Source: Halarchaeum rubridurum
GTDB taxonomy: Archaea > Halobacteriota > Halobacteria > Halobacteriales > Halobacteriaceae
Direction of reading: 5' to 3'
DNA length: 24,000 bases
Assembly: GCF_014647115.1 (NCBI RefSeq)
Contig: NZ_BMOO01000001.1
Span: forward strand, 582,919 to 606,918
Of the stretch, positions 7,741-16,120 are shown piece after piece. Numbering within the stretch: the first letter of the stretch is position 1; every line of letters starts with the position of its first letter. The notes beneath the pieces are model-generated. The model was not told where the DNA came from. It saw only the letters and a list, made by a program, of their open reading frames with translations, and did not search any database. The position numbers and the translations under genes are program-made.

Positions 7741-7760
7741 TTTATCCCCGCCGGGCGGGG
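7741..7760 (+). promoter_or_regulatory. hjc promoter: TATA-like TTTATC followed by a 7+1+7 palindrome
   Basis: TTTATC (7741-7746) is centred about 27 nt upstream of ATG 7770. CCCCGCC-g-GGCGGGG (7746-7760) fills the space between the TATA box and the start. Confidence 0.45.
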
Positions 7761-7769
7761 AGTAGCGGT

Positions 7770-8261
7770 ATGGTGCGAAACGAGAAGGGCGACCGCCGCG
7801 AGCGCGAACTCGTCAACCGCCTCGACGAGGCCGGCTTCGCGGTGATGCGCGCGCCCGCCTCGGGGGCCGCGACGACGCGCGAACTCCCGGACGTCCTCGC
7901 GGGCGACGGCGACGTCTTCTACGCCGTCGAGGCGAAGTCCTCCGCCGGCGACCCCATCTACCTCACCGGCGAGGAGGTCGAGGCCCTCGTCTACTTCTCG
8001 CAGAGCTTCGGCGCGCGGCCGAAGATCGGCGTCCGCTTCGACCGCGAGGACTGGTACTTCTTCCACCCGAGCGACCTCCACGTCACGGACGGCGGGAACT
8101 ACCGCGTGAAAAAGGAGACGGCGCTCGCGGACGGCGAGACGATTCCCGACCTGAAGGCCGTGGGCGAGGCCGACGACAGCGATAGCGACGTCGAGGGCGT
8201 CCTCCAGGCCGTCGCGCAGGGCGTGCTGAGCGTCGAGGAAGCGACCGAGATGCTCTCGTAA
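7770..8261 (+). CDS. hjc: Holliday junction resolvase Hjc
   Basis: [27 protein letters not shown]...[19 protein letters not shown] is the archaeal Hjc nuclease core (E...D...E-x-K). An acidic C-terminal tail follows. Confidence 0.88.
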   Translation: MVRNEKGDRRERELVNRLDEAGFAVMRAPASGAATTRELPDVLAGDGDVFYAVEAKSSAGDPIYLTGEEVEALVYFSQSFGARPKIGVRFDREDWYFFHPSDLHVTDGGNYRVKKETALADGETIPDLKAVGEADDSDSDVEGVLQAVAQGVLSVEEATEMLS

Positions 8262-8279
8262 TCGGCCGAATCGGTGTCG

Positions 8280-8921
8280 CTACCCGAGGCGTTCGAGGCG
8301 TCCGCGCGGGAAGGCGTACGTTCGGACGCCGCGCTCGCGGAGGCGTTCGGGCTCCGGGGTCGGCGTCGAGTTCCGACGCGGATAGAGCGCCTCGACGACG
8401 GCATCGGCGGGGTCGTAGCCGTCGTTCGTCGGGTGGGTGGCGACGGTGTGGTCGCCGACGGCGACGTCGCGCGCCCGCGCCGACAGCGTCTCCACGACGA
8501 CGAGGACGTCGCCGCGCTCGCGGTCGCGGACGACGGCCCCCGGGTCGGGCGTGCAGTCGTCGCAGTAGACCGGGTCGGGAGCGTCCGCGTCGGCGAAGGT
8601 CGGCGCGCCGCAGTCGGCGCACGCGGCGTCGCGCTCGCCGGGCGCGGGGACGCGGCCCGCGGTGACGTCGATGGCGACGCGACGGAGGTGTTTGCAGCGC
8701 CGCCCCCGATAGGCGTGGTCGGGACAGGTGCACGTCCCGGCGTCGAGGGCGACCGTGTAGGCCGCGCCGCCGCGGACGACGACGTCGTAGCGGCCGTCGC
8801 CGAGCGCGACGACCGCCATCGGTTCGCTGCGCGCGCGGGCCACCCGACTGTCCGTCGGACCACCCGGCGCGAGGGGCGCGAGCCGCGAATGCGTGGTGCT
8901 GGTGGGTTTCGTAGACACCAT
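8280..8921 (-). CDS. SWIM zinc-finger protein with a second CxxC...CxxC ribbon
   Basis: CTCPDHAYRGRRCKH fits the SWIM CxCxnCxH pattern. CADCGAPTFADADAPDPVYCDDC forms a second ribbon. The ATG at 8921 has a TTTTAG TATA-like box about 26 nt upstream; the internal ATG at 8819 (MAVVALGDGRY) is an alternative start. Confidence 0.7.
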   Translation of the reverse strand: MVSTKPTSTTHSRLAPLAPGGPTDSRVARARSEPMAVVALGDGRYDVVVRGGAAYTVALDAGTCTCPDHAYRGRRCKHLRRVAIDVTAGRVPAPGERDAACADCGAPTFADADAPDPVYCDDCTPDPGAVVRDRERGDVLVVVETLSARARDVAVGDHTVATHPTNDGYDPADAVVEALYPRRNSTPTPEPERLRERGVRTYAFPRGRLERLG

Positions 8922-9039
8922 ACGAGTAGGAGGGGACGAAGCGCTAAAAGGCCATCACCGGCCCGTGTGACGACGGAGACCGGCAGTTCGTCCGAGGGCG
9001 GACCGCCACGCTTTTGCGCGCACTCCGGGAACACGGTGT

Positions 9040-9243
9040 ATGTACATGCAACGCGACACCGCTGTCGAGGCGGGAATCACGCTCTTCGCCGTCGCGGTCT
9101 TCGTCGCCGTCGTCGTCCTCGGCGGCGAGGTGAGCACCGCGGGTCTCACCGAGAGCGGGGCGTACGCCGTCGTCGCCGCCATCGTCGCCTTCATCCTCGT
9201 GATGGCCGGCGCGGGCTACTACCTCTCGACGAAACAGGACTGA
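9040..9243 (+). CDS. Small two-TM membrane protein, function unknown
   Basis: 67 aa with two hydrophobic helices. A TATA-like CTTTTG is centred about 27 nt upstream of the ATG. A perfect hairpin, CCGCG-tca-CGCGG (9248-9260), follows the stop. Confidence 0.5.
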   Translation: MYMQRDTAVEAGITLFAVAVFVAVVVLGGEVSTAGLTESGAYAVVAAIVAFILVMAGAGYYLSTKQD

Positions 9244-9310
9244 ACGGCCGCGTCACGCGGACCATCGACATCGGCGGACTCGCGCCGTCCGCTAGCCGCG
9301 AGCCCTCGTT

Positions 9311-10363
9311 TTACTCGGCCTCGCGCTCTTCTCGCCAGTCCTCCAACTCCTCCTCGTCGGCGTCGTCGATCTTCGCCTCGTAGTAGCCGAGCGGGTGGCT
9401 GATGTGCTCACAGAGCGCGTCCGGGTTCACGCAGTCCCCGTAGGCCTGCATCGTCGCACACGACGGCGCGGTGTACTCCGTCGGGCTCGACTCGCCCTTG
9501 ATGTGGTCGGTCTGATAGCGCGTCATCTCCTCGCCGAACCCCGGGTTCACCTCGTAGAGCTCGACGATCTCGTCCGTCGAGAGCCCGATGTTCCCGAGGA
9601 AGGCCGTGAGGGCGAACCGGGAGTGGTGGGCGAGGTGGTCGCCGCGCTGGACGGCGTCGAGCAAGTGCTGCATGCAGGGCGGGAAGAGGTCGGGGACGAC
9701 GGTGTCGATCTCCCGGGTGAGGTCGAGGTCCGCGAGCGTCTCGCGGATCGACGCGACCGGCTCGTCGAGCGCGTCGCCAATCGCGTCCGGGACGCTCAGG
9801 GGGAGGCCGTCCTTCACGCGCTCCTCGACGGCTTCGCGGAGGAGGTCGTCGAGTTCGGGTTCGCTCACGGGCACGTCGCCGGCGTCGAGCGCGCGGTTGA
9901 CGAGCCGCCACTCGTCGCCCCGCAGCGACGACGCGTAGCGGAGGTAGGCGGCGACGCCGACGTGAAACCCGCCGTCGCGCTGGGGCGTGACGGCGTCGCC
10001 GAGGTCGAACTCGCGGAGGAGCGCGGCGCGCGTGATGGCAGCGCGCCCGTCCTGGCGCCCGAAGTCCTCGCGGAAGCGCTCGGCCGCGCGCGACGCTTCG
10101 GCCTCCGCGTAGTAGCGTGTGCAGACGTTCTCGTCGACGAGCGAGACGACGACGCGCGCGACCGGATACGAGAGGAGTTCGACGCGGTCGGACGCGACCG
10201 ACTCGCCGACGTCGCGGTCGGCGATGGCGCTCGTGACGCGCTCGGTCGCGCGCTCGACGACGGCGTCCTCCTCGCGGACGACCTCGACGAGGTCCACGCC
10301 CGCCTCCTGGACGGCGCGACGGGCGTCACCGAGGAAGGGATACCGGGCGTGGCGGTGTTCCAT
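9311..10363 (-). CDS. priL: DNA primase large subunit PriL
   Basis: Starts at the internal ATG 10363 (MEHRHARYPFLGDA...). Contains PPCMQHLL, HLAHHSRFALTAFL, YQTDHIKG, and Cys ligands APSCATMQAYGDCVNPDALCEHI for the Fe-S cluster. The 502-aa track ORF has a basic, non-halophilic N-terminal extension that overlaps asd. Confidence 0.92.
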   Translation of the reverse strand: MEHRHARYPFLGDARRAVQEAGVDLVEVVREEDAVVERATERVTSAIADRDVGESVASDRVELLSYPVARVVVSLVDENVCTRYYAEAEASRAAERFREDFGRQDGRAAITRAALLREFDLGDAVTPQRDGGFHVGVAAYLRYASSLRGDEWRLVNRALDAGDVPVSEPELDDLLREAVEERVKDGLPLSVPDAIGDALDEPVASIRETLADLDLTREIDTVVPDLFPPCMQHLLDAVQRGDHLAHHSRFALTAFLGNIGLSTDEIVELYEVNPGFGEEMTRYQTDHIKGESSPTEYTAPSCATMQAYGDCVNPDALCEHISHPLGYYEAKIDDADEEELEDWREEREAE

Positions 10364-10451
10364 ACGAAACGTGGGTGGGGGCGGACGCCGATAAAGCGCC
10401 CGGTCCGGCGGGACCGCAAGAGGGTTGGCGCGGCAAGCCACACCACTCGCT

Positions 10452-11033
10452 ATGCGTCTCGCGCCCGGCGCGCGGCGGTACGCGGTCCCGCCGCTCGCCC
10501 TCGCCGTCCCCCTGTTGTTCGTCTTCGCGCCCGCCGGCCTCGCCTGCGCTGCGCTGGGCTGTTTCGCCCTCTGGTTCCACCGCGACCCCGAGCGCGAGGT
10601 CCCCGAGTCGGGCGTCCTCGCGCCCGCCGACGGCCGCGTGAGCGTCCTCCGCACCGAGGACGGCCGCGTCCGCGTCGGCGTCTTCATGAACGTCACCGAC
10701 GTCCACGTGAACCGCGCGCCGCTCGCCGGCGTCGTCGCGTCCGTCGACCACCGCCCCGGCGCGCACCGACCCGCGTTCTCGAAGGAGTCGGAACGGAACG
10801 AGCGCGTCCGCATCACCACCGACAGCTACGAACTCGACCTCATCGCGGGCGCGTTCGCGCGCCGCATCCACCCGTCCGTCGAACCCGGCGACACCGTCGC
10901 GCGCGGCGAGCGCGTCGGCCACATCTCCTTCGGCTCGCGCGTCGACATCCTCCTCCCCCCCGAGTACGACGCGGCGGACGTGCGCGTCGACGTCGGCGAG
11001 CGCGTGACGGCCGGCGAGACCGTCCTCGCCTAG
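10452..11033 (+). CDS. asd: Archaetidylserine/phosphatidylserine decarboxylase-related proenzyme
   Basis: Has an N-terminal TM segment and then HRDPEREVP...APADGRV...FMNVTDVHVNRAP..G, plus the self-cleavage-type FGSR motif (HISFGSRVDILLP). Start taken at ATG 10452; the track ORF begins at TTG 10425. Confidence 0.82.
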   Translation: MRLAPGARRYAVPPLALAVPLLFVFAPAGLACAALGCFALWFHRDPEREVPESGVLAPADGRVSVLRTEDGRVRVGVFMNVTDVHVNRAPLAGVVASVDHRPGAHRPAFSKESERNERVRITTDSYELDLIAGAFARRIHPSVEPGDTVARGERVGHISFGSRVDILLPPEYDAADVRVDVGERVTAGETVLA

Positions 11034-11659
11034 CGGTACTCCTCGAGTAGCGTCCCGAGTTCCGCCGCGTACTCGTCGTAGTCGTAGCCGAGCCGCGAGA
11101 GCCACATGTGCTGGTAGGCGGGATGGAGCACCGGGAGCACCGTCGCCCCGAGCGAGGGACAGGAGACGGGCTCCAGCACCGAATCGAGGAAGGAGTCGAG
11201 GTCGCGGCCCGCGGCGTCGAAGAGCACCCGCGTCGCGTGCTTCCCCGTCGTGACGACCACCGACGGATCGACGGCGTCGAGTTCGGCTTCGAGGTGCGCG
11301 AAGCAGTGTGAGAGCTCCGACTCCCGCGGTTCGCGGTTCGACCCCTCGCCGTCGGGCGGGAAGCACTTCACCGCGTTCGTGTAGAAGACGTCCGTGTGGC
11401 CGCTGTCCGCGAAGAGCTCGCGGACGATTCTGCCGGAGTGGCGCGCCGTGTACGCCATTCCCGTCCAGTTGCCGCCCCGCCAGCGGTCCTCCTCCGGGTT
11501 GCCGGCACCGGGCGCTTCGCCGACCGCGACGACGTCGGCGTCGCGGGGGCCGTTCCCCCACGCGATACACTCGCGCGCCTCGACGAGGTCGGGACAGCGC
11601 GCACACCCCGGCTCGATGGGGTACGCGGTGTCCGGGTCCGGGAAGTCGGGGTCGCTCAT
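11030..11659 (-). CDS. udg: Uracil-DNA glycosylase, family 4-like
   Basis: Starts at the internal ATG 11659 (MSDPDFPDPD...). Contains CARCPDL, GEAPGAGNPEED (GEAPG motif A), FYTNAVKCFP and HPAY. Its stop overlaps the asd stop within CTAG (11030-11033). Confidence 0.82.
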   Translation of the reverse strand: MSDPDFPDPDTAYPIEPGCARCPDLVEARECIAWGNGPRDADVVAVGEAPGAGNPEEDRWRGGNWTGMAYTARHSGRIVRELFADSGHTDVFYTNAVKCFPPDGEGSNREPRESELSHCFAHLEAELDAVDPSVVVTTGKHATRVLFDAAGRDLDSFLDSVLEPVSCPSLGATVLPVLHPAYQHMWLSRLGYDYDEYAAELGTLLEEYR

Positions 11660-11699
11660 ACGCGCTGGGAGGGGCCGCGCGCGAAAGAGCCGTCCGGTC

Positions 11700-11951
11700 C
11701 TACTCGTCCGGCATCGGGAGACCGCCCGCGAAGAGCGACGCGAGCGCGAAGACGAGCGCGAGGACGCCACAGGCGCTCAGCGCGAGGCGCGCGAGGTAGC
11801 GGAGGTCGGGCGCGAACGCCGCCGCGTCGCCGCTCAGGGAAGCGTGCCCGAGGACGTTCGCCTCCGGGACCGCCGCGACGTAGAGCGGATTGGCGAGGCA
11901 GGCCGCGGCGAGGACGAGGAGGCCGGCCGCGAGCCAGTGCGCACGGTGCAT
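11700..11951 (-). CDS. Small membrane protein, function unknown
   Basis: 83 aa with two or three hydrophobic segments and GC3-rich codons. No family recognised. Only 40 bp separate it from the upstream endonuclease-like gene. Confidence 0.4.
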   Translation of the reverse strand: MHRAHWLAAGLLVLAAACLANPLYVAAVPEANVLGHASLSGDAAAFAPDLRYLARLALSACGVLALVFALASLFAGGLPMPDE

Positions 11952-11991
11952 ACGCGTGGATGGGGGCGCGGGTACGAGGGACTGTCGGTGC

Positions 11992-12741
11992 TCAGGTGAG
12001 CGTTCGCGTCGCGTGTTCCTCGTACGCCGTGCGTTTCAGCCGGTCGTACTCGTCCTTCGAGTCGAGTCCCCACTTGTACGCGAACCCAGGCGGCGCCTCG
12101 CCCAACCACTCGACGAGGCGTTCGGTGTCGTCGCAGGAGAAACGAATCTGATACCGTTGGAACGTCGGCGAGAACCCGGCGTCGACGAAGAGAGATTCGA
12201 GGAACGCCGCGCGCTCGGTCTCGTTAGCCGCCTTGATACCGAGTCTCGGCCGACCCCAATCACCGAAGTCGAGAAATCCATCACAGAGGTACCAGAACTT
12301 CGCGACGGTCGGCGTGAGTTCGAGGTCGTCGGGGAAGCGTTTCTCGCCGCCCGGATACCACGTCTCGCGGAGTTCCGTGAAGAAGGGATGCGTCCGCGTC
12401 CAGATCGTGTACATGTCGTGGTAGTTCTCGGGTTCGGCGTTCGGGCTGAACCCCGACGCTGCGTTGTTCGCCGCGAGCTCGGTCGCGGTCTTCTTCAGCG
12501 TGACACCGCCGGTCGTGAGGACGCCGAGTTCGTCGTCGAGCCACTCGAGGAACGTCCGGTTCGTCATCGGGACGTGAAGGATGTTGTTCGCGTGCGGCGT
12601 CGTCGGAATCGACGCGTCGCCCATCAGTAGGCCGATGACCGTCTCTCTCGTGCGGCGGTCGATCTCCGGGTACGGGCACGCACCGTGGTACCAGTGCATC
12701 CCGAGCCGCTCGAACTCCTCACCGCAGGACGGACACGTCAT
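11992..12741 (-). CDS. Free-standing LAGLIDADG-like homing endonuclease with an N-terminal zinc ribbon
   Basis: 249 aa. CPSCG...HWYHGAC forms the N-terminal ribbon. VIGLLMGDASI and KFWYLCDGFLDF look like the two LAGLIDADG-type motifs. A GGAGGT Shine-Dalgarno sequence sits 6 nt upstream of the ATG. GC is visibly lower than in neighbouring genes. Confidence 0.6.
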   Translation of the reverse strand: MTCPSCGEEFERLGMHWYHGACPYPEIDRRTRETVIGLLMGDASIPTTPHANNILHVPMTNRTFLEWLDDELGVLTTGGVTLKKTATELAANNAASGFSPNAEPENYHDMYTIWTRTHPFFTELRETWYPGGEKRFPDDLELTPTVAKFWYLCDGFLDFGDWGRPRLGIKAANETERAAFLESLFVDAGFSPTFQRYQIRFSCDDTERLVEWLGEAPPGFAYKWGLDSKDEYDRLKRTAYEEHATRTLT

Positions 12742-12943
12742 CGAGCGACCTCCACGGTCGCGCGATAGAGCGATGGGGGCGGTCGTGCCGAACGGGCGGG
12801 TCGAGTCGTTGCGATACCGCTTTCCGACGGCGGAATAGTCGTTGGCATGGGTTTGCTGCTCTGCGAACCCGGGTCGCGTGTCTCCAGCACGCGGCCGTTC
12901 TCGCGACGGCGTCCCGAGCTCGTGACAGTTTTCGTCAGCCGCC

Positions 12944-12974
12944 TATATAAAAGCGTAGGTTCTACGGCGTAGGT
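12944..12974. promoter_or_regulatory. Strong TATA box plus operator-like repeats between the endonuclease and wHTH genes
   Basis: TATATAAAA (12944-12952) is followed by GCGTAGGT (12953-12960) and a second GCGTAGGT (12967-12974). The first copy is embedded in the palindrome CGTAG-gtt-CTACG (12954-12966). Confidence 0.5.
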
Positions 12975-13030
12975 ATTTTGTTCAAGGTCGGACGGCACAG
13001 ACTAAGGAGTGGCCACCGTATCGTGGATAA

Positions 13031-13237
13031 ATGCTCGACCCGTCAGACCTCGCTCCCGCCGACGAGGCGCTCTTGAGCTTGCTGCGAGAGGGACGAATCA
13101 CCGCACCGTACGCGGCCGCCGAGACGGGGTACAACCTCCAGTACGTCCGCGACCGGCTGACGAGACTCGTCGAACACGGGAACGTCGAGAAGGTACACGA
13201 GGGCCTGTACGAACTCGTCGAAGACCCGCGAGAGTAA
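13031..13237 (+). CDS. Small winged-helix DNA-binding protein (PhiH1-repressor-like / MarR-like wHTH)
   Basis: 68 aa: ADEALLSLLREGRITAPYAAAETGYNLQYVRDRLTRLVEHGNVEKVHEGLYELVEDP. This is the typical halovirus/plasmid small wHTH pattern (helix-turn-helix followed by a G-L-Y-x-L wing). Confidence 0.75.
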   Translation: MLDPSDLAPADEALLSLLREGRITAPYAAAETGYNLQYVRDRLTRLVEHGNVEKVHEGLYELVEDPRE

Positions 13238-13279
13238 CCGAACGGAGAGTTGAAGAACCCTAAACAGGCGTTACAGGCC

Positions 13280-14023
13280 CTAATTCGACTGAATACGTGG
13301 AGCTAGCATGAATGTGACGGAGCCGAGGCCTTCGGCGAAGTCGAAGTGCATCTTGACGGGGAACTCCTCGCCGAGTTCGAGGGTGACCTCGGCGTCCTTG
13401 GGGAACGCCTTGTTCATGTCCTTGAGGTAGTCGAGGCTGAACAGCGAGCGGGCGTCGCCGGCCTCGAGGTCGATGAGGTCCTCGCGTTCGAGTTCGAGGT
13501 GGACGTCGTCGGTGTCGCCCTCGGCGTCGACGTAGAAGCGTTCGTTCTCAGCGTCGACGCCGAGCGCGATGTGGTCGGAGACCATGTCGGCGGCCCGGAC
13601 GGCGCGGTCGATGTCCGCGCCCTCGACGACGACCTGCGCGGGGAGGTCGAGGTCGGGGAGGTCGGGCTCCTGGCGGATACTGTCGGGGTCGATGAGCGCG
13701 AGGGTGTATTCGAGGCCCTCGATCTGGATGTGGAGCTTCCGGGTCTCCTCGTCCAGTTCGAGCTGGACGAGCTGGCCGGCGTCGGCCATCCCGGCGATGT
13801 CCTCGAGCCGGGAGAGGTCGACGCCGATGAGTCCGCCGTCGGCCTCGTAGGACTCGAAGGCGTCCGCGGAGAGGGTCAGGTCCACCATCCCGACGTTCGC
13901 GGGGTCGACGGCGCGAATCTCGATGCCGTCGTCGTTGAGGTGGATCTTGCACTCGTCCACCAGCACGCTCACGGAGTCGAGCGTGTCCCGGAGCGTGTCG
14001 GCGCTCACGATCGCCTTGAACAT
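13280..14023 (-). CDS. pcn: DNA polymerase sliding clamp PCNA
   Basis: 247 aa from the internal ATG 14023: [49 protein letters not shown]...[11 protein letters not shown]...FMLAPRI. This is the canonical archaeal PCNA. Confidence 0.95.
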   Translation of the reverse strand: MFKAIVSADTLRDTLDSVSVLVDECKIHLNDDGIEIRAVDPANVGMVDLTLSADAFESYEADGGLIGVDLSRLEDIAGMADAGQLVQLELDEETRKLHIQIEGLEYTLALIDPDSIRQEPDLPDLDLPAQVVVEGADIDRAVRAADMVSDHIALGVDAENERFYVDAEGDTDDVHLELEREDLIDLEAGDARSLFSLDYLKDMNKAFPKDAEVTLELGEEFPVKMHFDFAEGLGSVTFMLAPRIQSN

Positions 14024-14105
14024 CTTGACCGTCGGTAGGACTGGCCCGTACAATAAACCCCCGGATGCGCGCGCACGCGTGAGAGAGGGCGACGCGGTCG
14101 GTGCC

Positions 14106-15146
14106 TCAGTACTGCGCGACGAGTCGCTCGCCGGCGTCGAGCCCGCAGCGGAGCGCGGCGTGGAGGCGGGGCGCGCCGGCGACCCAGTCGCCGACGACGT
14201 GGAGGTCGTGTTCGCGCGCGGCGGCGACGGGCGCGTCGGCGACGCCGTCGCGCGGGAGGGCGTAGCGCCACCCCTGGGTGTCCGTCCAGTCGGGGTCGGC
14301 GAGCCGGTCGTCGTCGAGGACGGCCGCGGCGGCGTCGGCGAGCGCGGCGGCGTTCTCGCTCGGCGGGTCGTCGAAGTGCGCCTCGCTCCAGTCGGCGTTC
14401 GCCTGCACGACGAGGACGCTCTCGCCGTCGGGGACGTGGCCGGGTTTGCACTCCTCGCGGGCGATCCAGCCGACGTCGTGGTCCTTCTCGGGATTCACGA
14501 GCGCGTAGTACGGCGTCTCCACCTCGAAGGGGTAGTGGAGGACGGCGGTGTAGATGGGGTCGAAGGGGACGGCGGCGGCCGCGGCGTGCAGCGTCTCGCG
14601 GGTCTCGGCCGCCCAGTCGGCCTCGCGGAGGAGCGCGGCGGTCTGGGGCGCCGGGGGGGTGCAGACGAGGGCGTCGAAGGGGCCCCAGCGCCCATCGTCG
14701 GTGTCGACGACGGTCCACGTCTCGTCCTCGGCGTTCCGTGCGAGCGTCTCGACGCGCGTGTGACGGTGGACGGTCGCGTCCGTGCCGGCGAGGAGGCGCT
14801 TTGCGATCTGCGTCAGCCCCTCGGCGTAACACCACTTGCGCCGGTCGTCGTCGCGGCCGGGCGAGACCGTGCCGTCGGCGTCGAAGGTGTAGACCGGTTC
14901 CGTGACGTCCGCGAGACCCGCCGTTCCGAGGACGTCGCGGACGAGGTCGTTCACGCGCTCGTCGTCGTCGCGGAGGTAGTTCGCCCCGTAGTCGTAGGTG
15001 ACGTCGCCGCGACGACGGGTGGCGGCGCGGCCGCAGACGCCGCCGGACTTCTCAAGCAGCGTCACGTCCGCGTCCGTCCCCGCATCGACGACGTGCGCGA
15101 GGGCCGCGGCGGCCGGGCCGGCACCGACGACACCGATGTGCGTCAT
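14106..15146 (-). CDS. NAD(P)/FAD-dependent oxidoreductase (amine-oxidase/renalase-like, COG3380-type)
   Basis: N-terminal dinucleotide fold [14 protein letters not shown]...[11 protein letters not shown] and a C-terminal GDWVAG motif. A TATA-like CTTAACA lies about 27 nt upstream of ATG 15146. Confidence 0.8.
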   Translation of the reverse strand: MTHIGVVGAGPAAAALAHVVDAGTDADVTLLEKSGGVCGRAATRRRGDVTYDYGANYLRDDDERVNDLVRDVLGTAGLADVTEPVYTFDADGTVSPGRDDDRRKWCYAEGLTQIAKRLLAGTDATVHRHTRVETLARNAEDETWTVVDTDDGRWGPFDALVCTPPAPQTAALLREADWAAETRETLHAAAAAVPFDPIYTAVLHYPFEVETPYYALVNPEKDHDVGWIAREECKPGHVPDGESVLVVQANADWSEAHFDDPPSENAAALADAAAAVLDDDRLADPDWTDTQGWRYALPRDGVADAPVAAAREHDLHVVGDWVAGAPRLHAALRCGLDAGERLVAQY

Positions 15147-15298
15147 ACGCGGACCACGGGCGGCGGGGTGTTAAGCGACCGGGCGGGGGGAGGGTCGGGG
15201 ACCGTCCGACGTACCTTTCCCGTTCGGCCCCGTTTCCGGGGGTATGAACGCGGACGCGTCGCCCAGCGGGGCGCGAAGCGAGGGACGTGGTGAGCACG

Positions 15299-16075
15299 AT
15301 GGCCGGTAAGGACGACTACTACAACCGGGCGAAACAGCAGGGGTATCGGGCACGCTCGGCGTACAAGCTGAAACAGCTCGACCGGGAGTTCGACCTGATC
15401 GAGCGCGGCGACACGGTGGTCGACCTCGGCGCGGCGCCGGGCGGGTGGCTCCAGGTCGCCGCGGAGGAAGCCGGCGGGGGCGGGCGCGTGATCGGCGTCG
15501 ACCTCCAGCGCATCGACGACGTGGAGCGCGGCGACGCGCCCGTCGAGACGATTCGCGGCGACATGACGGAGGACGACACGAAGGCGGCGATCCGCGAGGC
15601 CGCCGGCGGCCGCGTGGACGTCGTCGTCTCCGACATGGCCCCGAACATGACCGGGGAGTACAACCTCGACCACGCTCGGTCGGTCCACCTCGCGCGCCAG
15701 GCGTTGGAGACCGCGGAGGACCTCCTCGGCGAGGGCGGGAGCTTCGCCGTGAAGGTCTTCCAGGGGCAGGACCTCGCCGACTTCGAGGCGGACGTCGAGC
15801 GCGAGTTCGCCTTCACGCGGACGACGAGCCCGGACGCCTCCCGGGAGTCCTCCTCCGAGGTGTACGTCGTCGGCAAGAACAAGCTCACCGGGCCGGTGCG
15901 CGTCGGCGACGAACTCACCGTCGAGGTGACGGACGTCGGCGAGGAGGGCGACGGCATCGCCAAGGTCGAGGGCTTCACGCTGTTCGTCGACGGCGCCGAG
16001 GCGGGCGACGAACTCCGCGTCGAGGTGACGGACGTGAAACCGCGCTTCGGGTTCGCGGAGCCGATCGAGGAGTAG
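15299..16075 (+). CDS. rlmE: 23S rRNA 2'-O-ribose methyltransferase RlmE/FtsJ fused to a C-terminal TRAM domain
   Basis: YRARSAYKLKQLD, VVDLGAAPGGW (SAM motif), VVSDMAPNMTG, and a TRAM-like tail (GDELTVEVTDVGEEGDGIAKVEGFTLFV). Start taken at ATG 15299 (MAGKDDYY). Confidence 0.9.
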   Translation: MAGKDDYYNRAKQQGYRARSAYKLKQLDREFDLIERGDTVVDLGAAPGGWLQVAAEEAGGGGRVIGVDLQRIDDVERGDAPVETIRGDMTEDDTKAAIREAAGGRVDVVVSDMAPNMTGEYNLDHARSVHLARQALETAEDLLGEGGSFAVKVFQGQDLADFEADVEREFAFTRTTSPDASRESSSEVYVVGKNKLTGPVRVGDELTVEVTDVGEEGDGIAKVEGFTLFVDGAEAGDELRVEVTDVKPRFGFAEPIEE

Positions 16076-16120
16076 GCGTTTCGCGCCGGGGCGACTCGGA
16101 GCCCCGTCGAAGCGAAGCGA

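Noticed and set aside
6852-8081. Full 409-aa version of the FNT ORF, and the full 502-aa version of the priL ORF (9311..10819)
   Set aside because: The N-terminal extensions are basic and non-halophilic and overlap the divergent hjc and asd genes. Internal starts with properly spaced TATA-like boxes give proteins of canonical length.
8099-9034. 311-aa and 216-aa minus-strand ORFs, and the 369-aa plus-strand ORF (8274..9383), around the SWIM gene
   Set aside because: They are alternative-frame or antisense shadows. They are Arg/Ser/Thr/Pro-rich and low-complexity, whereas the 8280..8921 frame carries the SWIM and ribbon cysteines.
11030-11033. asd and udg stop codons overlapping within CTAG
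   Set aside because: The overlap is real, but a 4-bp convergent stop overlap is common in compact genomes and has no evident functional implication.
12738-12998. 86-aa minus-strand ORF upstream of the endonuclease gene
   Set aside because: It has a GTG start lying upstream of the only good promoter, a basic Arg/Pro/Ser-rich product, and no motif. Only its last 36 codons are kept, as a low-interest uORF idea.
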